From NCBI GenBank assembly GCA_030141605.1, contig JAQGDQ010001727.1, positions 1-27,884 of the forward strand: a DNA stretch of 27,884 nt, written 5' to 3'. The translations under genes and the position numbers were made by a program. Positions 1 to 10,553 of this stretch are shown in pieces. Within the stretch, counting starts at the first letter, position 1. Each line of letters begins with the position of its first letter. Source of the DNA: Tubiluchus corallicola (lineage: Eukaryota > Animalia > Priapulida). A model generated the notes under the pieces. The model saw only the letters and a program-made list of their open reading frames with translations. It made no database searches and had not been told where the DNA came from.

Positions 1-384
1 GGCATTTATAATTGTGTATAATTTACATTTATAAAGTTTTTAGAGGAAGCCTATCAGAGTCAGAATAATTGGGTAATTATGTGGGCAATTTGGCACAATG
101 CCAAATACTGCTTATCCTACAGGCTTGTATGTTCATTCATAAACCTGTTTGCCAGGACAGTTCCAGGCAAAGCAAGTAAGCAATTTATTGTCATTATAGC
201 ATAATACATACAATGAAATTTATGTGGCTCAAATAGGATAAACAGTTATAAATACTATAACTAGTGATATGCCATACTGGCGTATTTCTCGACACCAACC
301 ATTTCAAGTTGTGTCTTTCAGTTTATTGATTAATAATGTATTGTTATGTAGGCCTTCTTGATTAATATAAGTACTGTTATTTAG

Positions 385-745
385 GGCTTCTGCTATCAGA
401 AGGTCGCCTATGGAAAGAACAGCGAAAATTTGCTCTTAGCAAGCTGCGAGAATTTGGCATGGGAAAGGTTAGCATCGAGCAGAAGATCAAAGAGGAGATA
501 TCCTGCTTTCTTGCTGAATGCAAGAGCAAAAGCATCGAGTGCTTTGACATCCAACTGTTGCTTGGCAACAGCGTCTCAAATGTCATCTGCTCGATTATAT
601 TCGGAAGTCGGTACGAGTATGACGATATGGAGTTTCAAAAGCTGATGGGAGCCATAAACTCCAATGCTACAAATATTTGCAATGTGGTTTTCTTTCTTGT
701 TGATGCGTTGCCATTTATTCGCTTCCTGCCGAAAATACGACCAAG
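385..745 (+). CDS. P450 exon 2, plus-strand copy (no exon 1 on this strand in the window)
   Basis: Same protein as 11402-11762; one synonymous difference (GTC/GTG Val, ~575); canonical AG/GT boundaries. Confidence 0.92.
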
Positions 746-777
746 GTATATAGCGTCGCCTAGGTTTAAATTAATTC

Positions 778-1060
778 ATAATAATAATAATAATAATAAT
801 AATAATCTTTATTTAAAGTCGGCTTTTGCATCAACAATTAACATTAGCTCAAAGAGCTATTATCACCGACTGTAAATTACAACCTACAACTATAAAACAG
901 AGACTATTATTACCCCACTTTTACCCTAAATACCACGCGTCAGGCAGGGCAACAGCAGGTACCATTTTTAAAGTCTTTGGTATGACCCGGCCGCTGGTTC
1001 GAACTCACGACCTCCCAGACGGAAAGCAGACGCATTGCCACTACACTAAACCGTCTGGTC
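778..1060 (-). mobile_element. tRNA-derived SINE in P450 intron 2 (left arm)
   Basis: Reverse complement shows Pol III A box TAGTGTAGTGG, B box GAGTTCGAACC, core GGTCATACCAAAGACTTTAAAAATGGTACC and an (ATT)n tail. Confidence 0.8.
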
Positions 1061-1520
1061 ATGAAAGGTATTTTCAGCTAAAGCTAATAGGAATTTTACT
1101 TTAGTAATATTCAGATCTGGAATGAATTATTTAGTGCAACAATTAAATCTACAAATAATGCAACAATATGTTGTCCTGCCAAGATTTACGAATCTGTAGA
1201 AATTACGGGACACTCAAAGGGTGCAGTAAGTTGCTTCCTGAAAATGTGGCATTGTTGGTTCCTAAGCTCCATATAAAGATACATGAACACTTAGTGAAGT
1301 TTATGGTACTTAATTATTAATACGTAACTCACTTATTTAACAACTTTGTTTATACATGACGTTGAAAATGTGGCCCAATTGGAAATGTGGTTTGTTCATT
1401 GTCCAAAATTTTGAGGCAAATGGCCGTGAACGTGGTGCAAATTATGTTAGAAACTCAGTTCAAAATAAATTCTCCAGATCTGCTTCTGCAAGAACTTTCA
1501 TGCTTATGTTCAATAATTTG

Positions 1521-1582
1521 AAAAAGGAATCATGGCTTCATTGCTCACAAAGTTTCCATTTTTGTCCAGGTGGCACTCGGGT
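1521..1582 (-). pseudogene. Antisense fragment of a paralogous P450 exon 5 inside intron 2 (mirrored at ~10568-10629)
   Basis: 52/62 nt identical to exon 5 (4672-4733); translates PECHLDKNGNFVSNEAMIPF vs PEHHLDQNGNFVRNEVMIPF. Confidence 0.85.
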
Positions 1583-1596
1583 AATGAGTTGCAAAA

Positions 1597-2421
1597 CCAT
1601 GCTCAGGGTCCATGAGTGTAGAGACAACTCTATGAAGCCATGCTCAGGATCCATGAGTATAGAGCCAACTCTATGAAGCCATGCTCAGGATCCATGAGTA
1701 CAGAGCCAATTCTATGAAGCCATGCTCGGGGTCCATGAGTATAGAGCCAACTCTATGAAGCCATGCTCGGGGTCCATGAGTACAGAGCCAACTCTATGAA
1801 GCCATGCTCAGGGTCCATGAGTGTAGAGCCAGCTCCATGAAGCCATGCTCAGGGTCCATGAGTATATCGCCAATTCTATGAAGCCATGCTCGGGGTCCAT
1901 GAGTATAGAGCCAACTCTATGAAGCCATGCTCAGGATCCATGAGTATAGAGCCAATTCTATGAAGCCATGCTCAGGGTCGATGAATATAGAGCCAATTCT
2001 ATGAAGCCATGCTCGGGGTCCATGAGTATAGAGCCAACTCTATGAAGCCATGCTCAGGATCCATGAGTATAGAACCAATTCTATGAAGCCATGCTCAGGA
2101 TCCATGAGTATAGAGCCAATTCTATGAAGCCATGCTCGGGGTCCATGAGTATAGAGCCAACTCTATGAAGCCATGCTCGGGGTCCATGAGTGTAGAGCCA
2201 ACTCCATGAAGCCATGCTCAGGATCCATGAGTATAGAGCCAATTCTATGAAGCCATGCTCAGGATCCATGAGTATAGAGCCAACTCTATGAAGCCATGCT
2301 CAGGGTCCATGTGTATAGAGCCAATTCTATGAAGCCATGCTCAGGGTCCATGAGTGTAGAGCCAACTCTATGAAGCCATGCTCAGGATCCATGAGTATAG
2401 AGCCAACTCTATGAAGCCATG
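1597..2421 (+). repeat. 41-bp minisatellite, ~20 units
   Basis: Consensus ATGAAGCCATGCTCRGGRTCCATGAGTATAGAGCCAAYTCT; exact 41-nt period from 1632 to 2411 (19 intervals). Confidence 0.97.
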
Positions 2422-2776
2422 ATCCCTTTTTCAAATTACTGAAGATCATTTTCTTAGTAATTATTGTTGATTCAGATATTTATTAAACTTGAAAATCACC
2501 TCAAATTGAAATTTCAAATTCTTTGTATGCAAACTTTTATGTAAGCTTGGCTGTTAATAACTATTAACATGAACTGCAAGTCAGATCCATCGAATGCCGT
2601 TGTGTCTATTGTAGGTGTTGCACAGGCAGAATTGTAGCATAAAAATAATCCATCTTCAAAGCAAGTAAATGCTGTTTAGTAAACAGTTGGCACAGTGCCA
2701 GTCAGCTCCAGCTTGTGTTACCAATTGAAGATCCGACATAAAAGAGTTACTCTCATATTGCGACTTCACTTTTCAG

Positions 2777-2946
2777 ATATGAAGCAATTCTAAAAAATAA
2801 TGAGGATGTTTCCGAGTTTATTAAGCGGCGAATTGACGAACATCTAGAAAGACACGATCCTAGTAACACGAACGACTTTATTGATGCTTACTTGAATGTT
2901 CTGAAGGAGGAAAAACAAAATGGAGTCACAGATTCTACATTCACAG
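2777..2946 (+). CDS. P450 exon 3, plus-strand copy
   Basis: Identical by eye to 9204-9373; DFIDAYL; phases match the flanking exons. Confidence 0.9.
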
Positions 2947-3584
2947 GTGTTTAAATTAAATTATTTTATACTGGCATCTTGCAAAACGTTTAGCTAAGAT
3001 TTATATAACAGAGATTATAGTAGCCAGATAAAAAAATCAATAATTTAATGTAACCAGACAACTTGATGTGTAACCACAGTATAATTTAATGCAACCATAC
3101 TACCTTGGAAATAAATATAAAGAACGGCGAGTGTTAATGCTAAGAACAATCAATACTTTCCAGTTTCTTGTACATGTAGCGATAACCCTTTTCACAGTTT
3201 CGCAACGTGCACACGCATAGTTGCTGTAGATCAAAGGTTAAGTGTACCTACTACCACAGAAACGCGTCTTAACTAAAACCGTCACGTGACACGTGGGTAA
3301 AGCAAAGTCATCTGCCGCATTAATTCAGCATCATCAGTTGTTTTACGTGGACTTCACTTAATTATGCATTAGTCTATGCGTAAAGTGATTTACTGGCAAG
3401 ATGTTGCTTGGAAACAGGAAAAAATGAACTAGGTAATGTTCTAGCTAGCTGTTAAAACATGTTAAAAGTTCCTTCTGATTGTCATATGTCTGTTTTAACT
3501 AAAACTTTCTGTCGCGAGTTAAAAAATAAATCTTTAATAACAAGTAATAAAAGTAAAATGAAAAACTGAGTGTTTTTTTATTAG

Positions 3585-3809
3585 CAATGGAGTTGACACT
3601 TGTGACCTTGGATCTCTTTACTGCTGGTTCTGAGACAACTACTACTACTCTGAGATGGGGTTTTCTCTTCTTAATGAAGCATCCAGGTGTTATGAAGAAG
3701 GTACAGGCAGAGATCGATGAAGTTGTGGGTCGAAGTCGGCTGCCAAATTATGATGATAGGACCAAAATGCCGTACACAGAAGCAACGATTATTGAAATAC
3801 AGAGATTAG
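3585..3809 (+). CDS. P450 exon 4, plus-strand copy
   Basis: AGSETT and EIQR motifs; three synonymous differences from 8341-8565. Confidence 0.93.
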
Positions 3810-3992
3810 GTGAGTCGGTCAAGAATCATTGGTCAGTGAAATGTCGGTCAAGAATCATTGGTCAGTGAGATATAAGTTACAAGCTTTCTGACGGAACCAT
3901 GACCGGTGGCTTGGTGATTAGGTGAGTCGGTGAAGAATCATTGGTCAGTGAGTTACAAGCTTTCTGAATGAACCATGACCCGAGGCTTGGTA
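3804..3992 (+). repeat. Nested tandem duplication of the exon 4/intron 4 junction (mirrored at ~8158-8346)
   Basis: GTCGGT(C/G)AAGAATCATTGGTCAGTGA occurs three times. GATTAG/GTGAGTCGG occurs at 3804 and 3916, each followed further on by GTTACAAGCTTTCTGA..GAACCATGACC..GGCTTGGT. Confidence 0.85.
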
Positions 3993-4099
3993 TCAGAATG
4001 TGGAAGCATGCCATTTTTTCTGACTTACTATTTCGCTTTGTAAGTGGTATTTTTTGTGTACATGCATTTGTAGTTTGTTTGATTTATCTTTGCTTTGTT

Positions 4100-4340
4100 T
4101 TTCTTTCTTTCTCTCTGTCTTTTCCTTTTCTCTGTCATTTTCTCTTCCTCTCTCTCCCTCTTTCCATCTCTCTGTCTCTCTCTCTCTTTCCCTCTCCCCC
4201 TCTTTGTCTCTCTTTCTCACTCTCTCTCTCTCACTCTCTCTTTCTGTCTTTCTCTGTCATTCTGTCTCTCACTCACTCTCTCTCTCTCTCTGTCTTCTCT
4301 CACTCTCTCTCTCTCTCTCTCTCACTCTCTCACACACACT
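4100..4340 (+). repeat. Compound (CT)n polypyrimidine microsatellite (mirrored at ~7815-8050)
   Basis: Visible CT/CTCA/CTGT runs. Confidence 0.95.
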
Positions 4341-4523
4341 TTTAAAAAACTGGAACATTTTTAAACTAATACAGTCCACTCCCCTATATGAAACACCTAG
4401 TTCTGTAAAATTGAGAAGCATATTTGTTTGTTATTTTAGCAACCCAGATTACAAATTATTGGACAAATTACAGCTTCATTTGCCATTAAATCTGTCTATG
4501 ATGTTGTTTTTGTTCATGAACAG

Positions 4524-4739
4524 GTAACATTCTTCCGTTTGGTGGTCCACACACTGCATCGGAGGAGGTAAATTTTAAAGGTTATACAATTCCTGCCAGG
4601 TCCGTGGTCTTGCTAAATCTCACCTCTATATTCATGGACCCTGCTGTGTTTCCTAATCCGGAAGCTTTTAGACCCGAGCACCACTTGGATCAAAACGGAA
4701 ACTTTGTGCGCAACGAAGTGATGATTCCTTTTTCTGTTG
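4524..4739 (+). CDS. P450 exon 5, plus-strand copy
   Basis: gaacag/GT acceptor; KGYTIP, meander FRPEHHL, PFSV; G/gtaagt donor; 216 nt. Confidence 0.92.
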
Positions 4740-5178
4740 GTAAGTAAAATACTAGAAACAGCCAAACCAAAAGTCATATAATGCTGTTACTTATTAAACA
4801 GACTGTATTTCATCCTCGTACTTTATATATAGTGACATATGTAATGTAGCTAATGTTGTTCTTTTGATTGTTCGTGAACTAAAAACCTACGAAATTCATT
4901 TATTTCAAATTAAATGCATATAGTCCATAAAATTGTACATAACACAAAAAGCAAAGCTAAAATGTAACATAGAGCTAACCAGAAAAATTAGCTCTATACT
5001 TTTCTATGAAATCTATGAAAAGTGTTTGTTGAAAAATGAAAATGCTAGAACAGTAAACAAGGCACATCCTGGCTAGAAATCAGAAGTTACTAGAAAGCAG
5101 TTTCCTCAAATATTTCTTTAAGGTGATAAGGTAAGAAAATGATGCCAAAAATTCAAAGATTTTTGTTGCCGTTGTTGT

Positions 5179-5299
5179 TCTCCCCCCCCCTCTCTCTCCC
5201 TCTCCCCCTCTCTCTCTCTCTCTCTCTCTCTCCCTCTCTTTCTCTCTCTGTCTTTCTGTTTATCTCTGTCATTCTGTCTCCCTCTCTCTCTCACTCTCT
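5179..5299 (+). repeat. (CT)n / poly-C microsatellite (mirrored at ~6850-6975)
   Basis: Visible; length differs by a few nt between the arms. Confidence 0.95.
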
Positions 5300-5736
5300 T
5301 TAGGAACTAATCGTTAAACACACAACTTATCCTATGTGTTTTAAAGCACTAAAGTTGCGTTTCACTACATAGTTTGGCACTGACCTTCATTGTCATTGTT
5401 AATTGTCTAATATGATCCGTTCTTCCGCATCTACCTAGAAACTCTGGAAACTCGCCAATCTTCAAGAAACGATATTTGATTGGTCGACTGTTTTGAGCTC
5501 TCATCTTGATGGTTAGTTAAATTTCTGAGCACAGACCGAGGGTGTATCTAGACCTGTACTTTTCTGTACTTTTACCCATATTTCTATGGATTATTGCTAC
5601 ACATTCAGTGCTATTGGTACGTAGGAAGCTCCTTCAGTGATGCGATATGTATGTGATCGCAGAAACCGAGCTGTTCAAAGGCCGAGTTTGCGAAAAATTG
5701 AGGTTAAAAATCGATCAATTTCGTTTTGATCATAGG

Positions 5737-5950
5737 GTCCCTTATATGCGAGGTAATTTACCCGGTTTTCTGTTACGCGGGACCTGAAGATATTGTCCCT
5801 TATAACCAAAAGTCCCTTATATCCGAGTACCTTATATTACGAAGATTTTTACATAGGAAACACGTTACTAAAAATCGGGACCGGTGTTGGTGGTCCCTTA
5901 TATGCGAGTGTCCGGTATAAGCACGTACCTTATACCCGAGGTTAACTGTA
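5737..5950. mobile_element. Truncated Tc1/mariner-type MITE end in intron 5
   Basis: Six subterminal GT(C/A)CCTTATA motifs and terminus CGAGGTTAACTG followed by TA; no matching left TIR found. Confidence 0.55.
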
Positions 5951-5977
5951 ATAACACCAGCTTGTGCTTTGTTTTAG

Positions 5978-6156
5978 GTCGCCGTGTCTGCATTGGTGAA
6001 AGCTTGGCAAAGATGGAACTTTTTCTCTTCTTTACTAGCATTCTCCAGAATTTCAATATCATGCTACCAGACGATGCAACCGAGCCCTGCATGGAAGCCG
6101 TCGTAGGACTTACTGCAGCTCCTAAACCTTATCAAATGAAAACGATGCCCCGGTAA
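5978..6156 (+). CDS. P450 terminal exon 6 with the heme-ligating Cys (single copy, in the spacer)
   Basis: gttttag/GT acceptor; [26 protein letters not shown]...[16 protein letters not shown]. With exon 5 it completes PFSVGRRVCIG (FxxGxRxCxG). Exons 1-6 sum to 1527 nt = 508 aa + stop. Confidence 0.95.
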
Positions 6157-6385
6157 TTTTCATGCAAACTTTCGCAGTGCTACGCACAAGTCGTATGCTT
6201 AATCCGATGTGATCTTTCTCTTAATCTAATCAGTTTAGTATTTACTCAAAGAATTAGCAAACACAATATTCACTGTGTGTGAATGAATGTTCATTAGATT
6301 ATGTTATGGAGTTTCATACTTGGTGTGTTTAAGTGCATTGTATTAGTACGGTAATATTTTTAGCTACAGCTTACAAACCATAGTG

Positions 6386-6450
6386 CAGGGGTTTGCAAAT
6401 TGCGGCCCGCGAAGAGATTTCTTAACCTAATGAAAGTGCGGCCCGGGCTA
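6386..6450 (+). mobile_element. Possible hAT (Charlie-like) terminal fragment in the P450 3' region
   Basis: CAGGGGTTTGCAAATTGCGGCCCGCG plus a second GCGGCCC, resembling hAT-Charlie termini recalled from memory; no opposite TIR or TSD seen. Confidence 0.4.
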
Positions 6451-7414
6451 TTAATTGAGTGTATCCAGCTGAAGCCACGATCCCAAAGATAGTGCGGGTA
6501 CTTTTTTCTACTAGATCGGATGCCATTAACCCTTACAAGACGGTTGTAGCTTAATGTCACTGTACTACACAGACTGTGTGATACACATTACTAATATGCA
6601 TTGTACTGAAATTAACACTATCTGTCCTGAAAGTAGAAATATATGGTTTGTAATATAAATTTTAATAACTTCTAAACTAGTTTACTGAGTGTAGTAGTAA
6701 TGATTTACGCAGGTCGGATGCAAAAAATCGTTATTAGGCCTGACAATTAACAATGACAATGAAGGTCAGTGCCAAACTATGTAGTGAAACGCAACTTTAG
6801 TGCTTTAAAACACATAGGATAAGTTGTGTGTTTAACGATTAGTTCCTAAAGAGAGTGAGAGAGAGAGGGAGACAGAATGACAGAGATAAACAGAAAGACA
6901 GAGAGAGAAAGAGAGGGAGAGAGAGAGAGAGAGAGAGAGAGGGGGAGAGGGAGAGAGAGAGGGGGGGGGGAGAGAACAACAACGGCAACAAAAATCTTTG
7001 AATTTTTGGCATCATTTTCTTACCTTATCACCTTAAAGAAATATTTGAGGAAACTGCTTTCTAGTAACTTCTGATTTCTAGCCAGGATGTGCCTTGTTTA
7101 CTGTTCTAGCATTTTCATTTTTCAACAAACACTTTTCATAGATTTCATAGAAAAGTATAGAGCTAATTTTTCTGGTTAGCTCTATGTTACATTTTAGCTT
7201 TGCTTTTTGTGTTATGTACAATTTTATGGACTATATGCATTTAATTTGAAATAAATGAATTTCGTAGGTTTTTAGTTCACGAACAATCAAAAGAACAACA
7301 TTAGCTACATTACATATGTCACTATATATAAAGTACGAGGATGAAATACAGTCTGTTTAATAAGTAACAGCATTATATGACTTTTGGTTTGGCTGTTTCT
7401 AGTATTTTACTTAC

Positions 7415-7630
7415 CAACAGAAAAAGGAATCATCACTTCGTTGCGCACAAAGTTTCCGTTTTGATCCAAGTGGTGCTCGGGTCTAAAAGCTTCCGGATTA
7501 GGAAACACAGCAGGGTCCATGAATATAGAGGTGAGATTTAGCAAGACCACGGACCTGGCAGGAATTGTATAACCTTTAAAATTTACCTCCTCCGATGCAG
7601 TGTGTGGACCACCAAACGGAAGAATGTTAC
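7415..7630 (-). CDS. P450 exon 5, minus-strand copy; no terminal exon follows on this strand
   Basis: GNILPFGGPHTASEEVNFKGYTIPARSVVLLNLTSIFMDPAVFPNPEAFRPEHHLDQNGNFVRNEVMIPFSV; G/gtaagt donor. Read-through gives ...PFSVGK* before the heme Cys. Confidence 0.9.
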
Positions 7631-8340
7631 CTGTTCATGAACAAAAACAACATCATAGACAGATTTAATGGCAAATGAAGCTGTAATTTGTCCAATAATT
7701 TGTAATCTGGGTTGCTAAAATAACAAACAAATATGCTTCTCAATTTTACAGAACTAGGTGTTTCATATAGGGGAGTGGACTGTATTAGTTTAAAAATGTT
7801 CCAGTTTTTTAAAAGTGTTTGTGAGAGAGTGAGAGAGAGAGAGAGAGAGAGTGAGAGAAGACAGAGAGAGAGAGAGTGAGTGAGAGACAGAATGACAGAG
7901 AAAGACAGAAAGAGAGAGTGAGAGAGAGAGAGTGAGAAAGAGAGACAAAGAGGGGGAGGGAAAGAGAGAGAGAGACAGAGAGATGGAAAGAGGGAGAGAG
8001 AGGAAGAGAAAATGACAGAGAAAAGGAAAAGACAGAGAGAAAGAAAGAAAAACAAAGCAAAGATAAATCAAACAAACTACAAATGCATGTACACAAAAAA
8101 TACCACTTACAAAGCGAAATAGTAAGTCAGAAAAAATGGCATGCTTCCACATTCTGATACCAAGCCTCGGGTCATGGTTCATTCAGAAAGCTTGTAACTC
8201 ACTGACCAATGATTCTTCACCGACTCACCTAATCACCAAGCCACCGGTCATGGTTCCGTCAGAAAGCTTGTAACTTATATCTCACTGACCAATGATTCTT
8301 GACCGACATTTCACTGACCAATGATTCTTGACCGACTCAC

Positions 8341-8565
8341 CTAATCTCTGTATTTCTATAATCGTTGCTTCTGTGTACGGCATTTTGGTCCTATCATCAT
8401 AATTTGGCAGCCGACTTCGACCCACAACTTCATCGATCTCGGCCTGTACCTTCTTCATAACACCTGGATGCTTCATTAAGAAGAGAAAACCCCATCTCAG
8501 AGTAGTAGTAGTAGTCTCAGAACCAGCAGTAAAGAGATCCAAGGTCACAAGTGTCAACTCCATTG
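8341..8565 (-). CDS. P450 exon 4, minus-strand copy (I and K helices)
   Basis: [16 protein letters not shown] (AGxETT) and [12 protein letters not shown] (ExxR); ttattag/CA acceptor and G/gtgagt donor; 225 nt. Confidence 0.93.
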
Positions 8566-9203
8566 CTAATAAAAAAACACTCAGTTTTTCATTTTACTTT
8601 TATTACTTGTTATTAAAGATTTATTTTTTAACTCGCGACAGAAAGTTTTAGTTAAAACAGACATATGACAATCAGAAGGAACTTTTAACATGTTTTAACA
8701 GCTAGCTAGAACATTAACTAGTTCATTTTTTCCTGTTCCCAAGCAACATCTTGCCAGTAAATCACTTTACGCATAGACTAATGCATAATTAAGTGAAGTC
8801 CACGTAAAACAACTGATGATGCTGAATTAATGCAGCAGATGACTTTGCTTTACCCACGTGTCACGTGACGGTTTTAGTTAAGACGCGTTGCTGTGGTAGT
8901 AGGTACACTTAACCTTTGATCTACAGCAACTATGCGTGTGCACGTTGCGAAACTGTGAAAAGGGTTATTGCTACATGTACAGGAAACTGGAAAGTATTGA
9001 TTGTTCTTAGCATTAACACTCGCCTTTCTTTATATTTATTTCCAAGGTAGTATGGTTGCATTAAATTATACTGTGGTTACACATCAAGTTGTCTGGTTAC
9101 ATTAAATTATTGATTTTTTTATCTGGCTACTATAATCTCTGTTATATAAATCTTAGCTAAACGTTTTGCAAGATGCCAGTATAAAATAATTTAATTTAAA
9201 CAC

Positions 9204-9373
9204 CTGTGAATGTAGAATCTGTGACTCCATTTTGTTTTTCCTCCTTCAGAACATTCAAGTAAGCATCAATAAAGTCGTTCGTGTTACTAGGATCGTGTCT
9301 TTCTAGATGTTCGTCAATTCGCCGCTTAATAAACTCGGAAACATCCTCATTATTTTTTAGAATTGCTTCATAT
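9204..9373 (-). CDS. P450 exon 3, minus-strand copy
   Basis: ttttcag/A acceptor; (R)YEAILKNNEDVSEFIKRRIDEHLERHDPSNTNDFIDAYLNVLKEEKQNGVTDSTFT contains the CYP2-type DFIDAYL; G/gtgttt donor; 170 nt, phase 2 to 1. Confidence 0.9.
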
Positions 9374-9728
9374 CTGAAAAGTGAAGTTGCAATATGAGAG
9401 TAACTCTTTTATGTCGGATCTTCAATTGGTAACACAAGCTGGAGCTGACTGGCACTGTGCCAACTGTTTACTAAACAGCATTTACTTGCTTTGAAGATGG
9501 ATTATTTTTATGCTACAATTCTGCCTGTGCAACACCTACAATAGACACAACGGCATTCGATGGATCTGACTTGCAGTTCATGTTAATAGTTATTAACAGC
9601 CAAGCTTACATAAAAGTTTGCATACAAAGAATTTGAAATTTCAATTTGAGGTGATTTTCAAATTTAATAAATATCTGAATCAACAATAATTACTAAGAAA
9701 ATGATCTTCAGTCATTTGAAAAAGGGAT

Positions 9729-10553
9729 CATGGCTTCATAGAGTTGGCTCTATACTAATGGATCCTGAGCATGGCTTCATAGAGTTGGCTCTACACTCAT
9801 GGACCCTGAGCATGGCTTCATAGAATTGGCTCTATACACATGGACCCTGAGCATGGCTTCATAGAGTTGGCTCTATACTCATGGATCCTGAGCATGGCTT
9901 CATAGAATTGGCTCTATACTCATGGATCCTGAGCATGGCTTCATGGAGTTGGCTCTACACTCATGGACCCCGAGCATGGCTTCATAGAGTTGGCTCTATA
10001 CTCATGGACCCCGAGCATGGCTTCATAGAATTGGCTCTATACTCATGGATCCTGAGCATGGCTTCATAGAATTGGTTCTATACTCATGGATCCTGAGCAT
10101 GGCTTCATAGAGTTGGCTCTATACTCATGGACCCTGAGCATGGCTTCATAGAATTGGCTCTATATTCATCGACCCTGAGCATGGCTTCATAGAATTGGCT
10201 CTATACTCATGGATCCTGAGCATGGCTTCATAGAGTTGGCTCTATACTCATGGACCCCGAGCATGGCTTCATAGAATTGGCTCTATACTCATGGACCCTG
10301 AGCATGGCTTCATGGAGCTGGCTCTACACTCATGGACCCTGAGCATGGCTTCATAGAGTTGGCTCTGTACTCATGGACCCCGAGCATGGCTTCATAGAGT
10401 TGGCTCTATACTCATGGACCCCGAGCATGGCTTCATAGAATTGGCTCTGTACTCATGGATCCTGAGCATGGCTTCATAGAGTTGGCTCTATACTCATGGA
10501 TCCTGAGCATGGCTTCATAGAGTTGTCTCTACACTCATGGACCCTGAGCATGG
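9729..10553 (-). repeat. 41-bp minisatellite, right-arm copy
   Basis: Reverse complement of 1597-2421 with the same unit number and a few substitutions. Confidence 0.97.

Larger units (their letters stand above)
56..5407 (+). repeat. Left arm of ~5.35-kb inverted duplication
   Basis: Reverse complement of 6742-12091. Outer match begins agagtcagaat (56) / attctgactct (12081-12091); inner match ends aattgtc (5407) / gacaatt (6742). About 23 substitutions plus microsatellite slippage by eye. Confidence 0.97.

Noticed and set aside
826-2269. ORFs 826-1104, 1356-1676 and 2081-2269 and their mirror copies
   Set aside because: They run through the SINE and minisatellite; their duplication only reflects the inverted arms.
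1597-2421. Regular 41-bp array as a CRISPR array
   Set aside because: Units are contiguous with no unique spacers, no cas genes, and the context is a eukaryotic intron.
3968-4527. Leu/Ser-rich and Arg/Glu-rich ORFs (also 6877-7074 and 7627-8182)
   Set aside because: Translations of (CT)n/(GA)n microsatellites.
4666-4690. PERF motif reads PEHH, possibly inactivating
   Set aside because: PEH is common in CYP2 enzymes, the paralog fragment also has H at the last position, and all other motifs are intact.
4969-4998. 10-bp hairpin ATAGAGCTAA...TTAGCTCTAT
   Set aside because: Short and isolated in AT-rich intron; no evidence of function.
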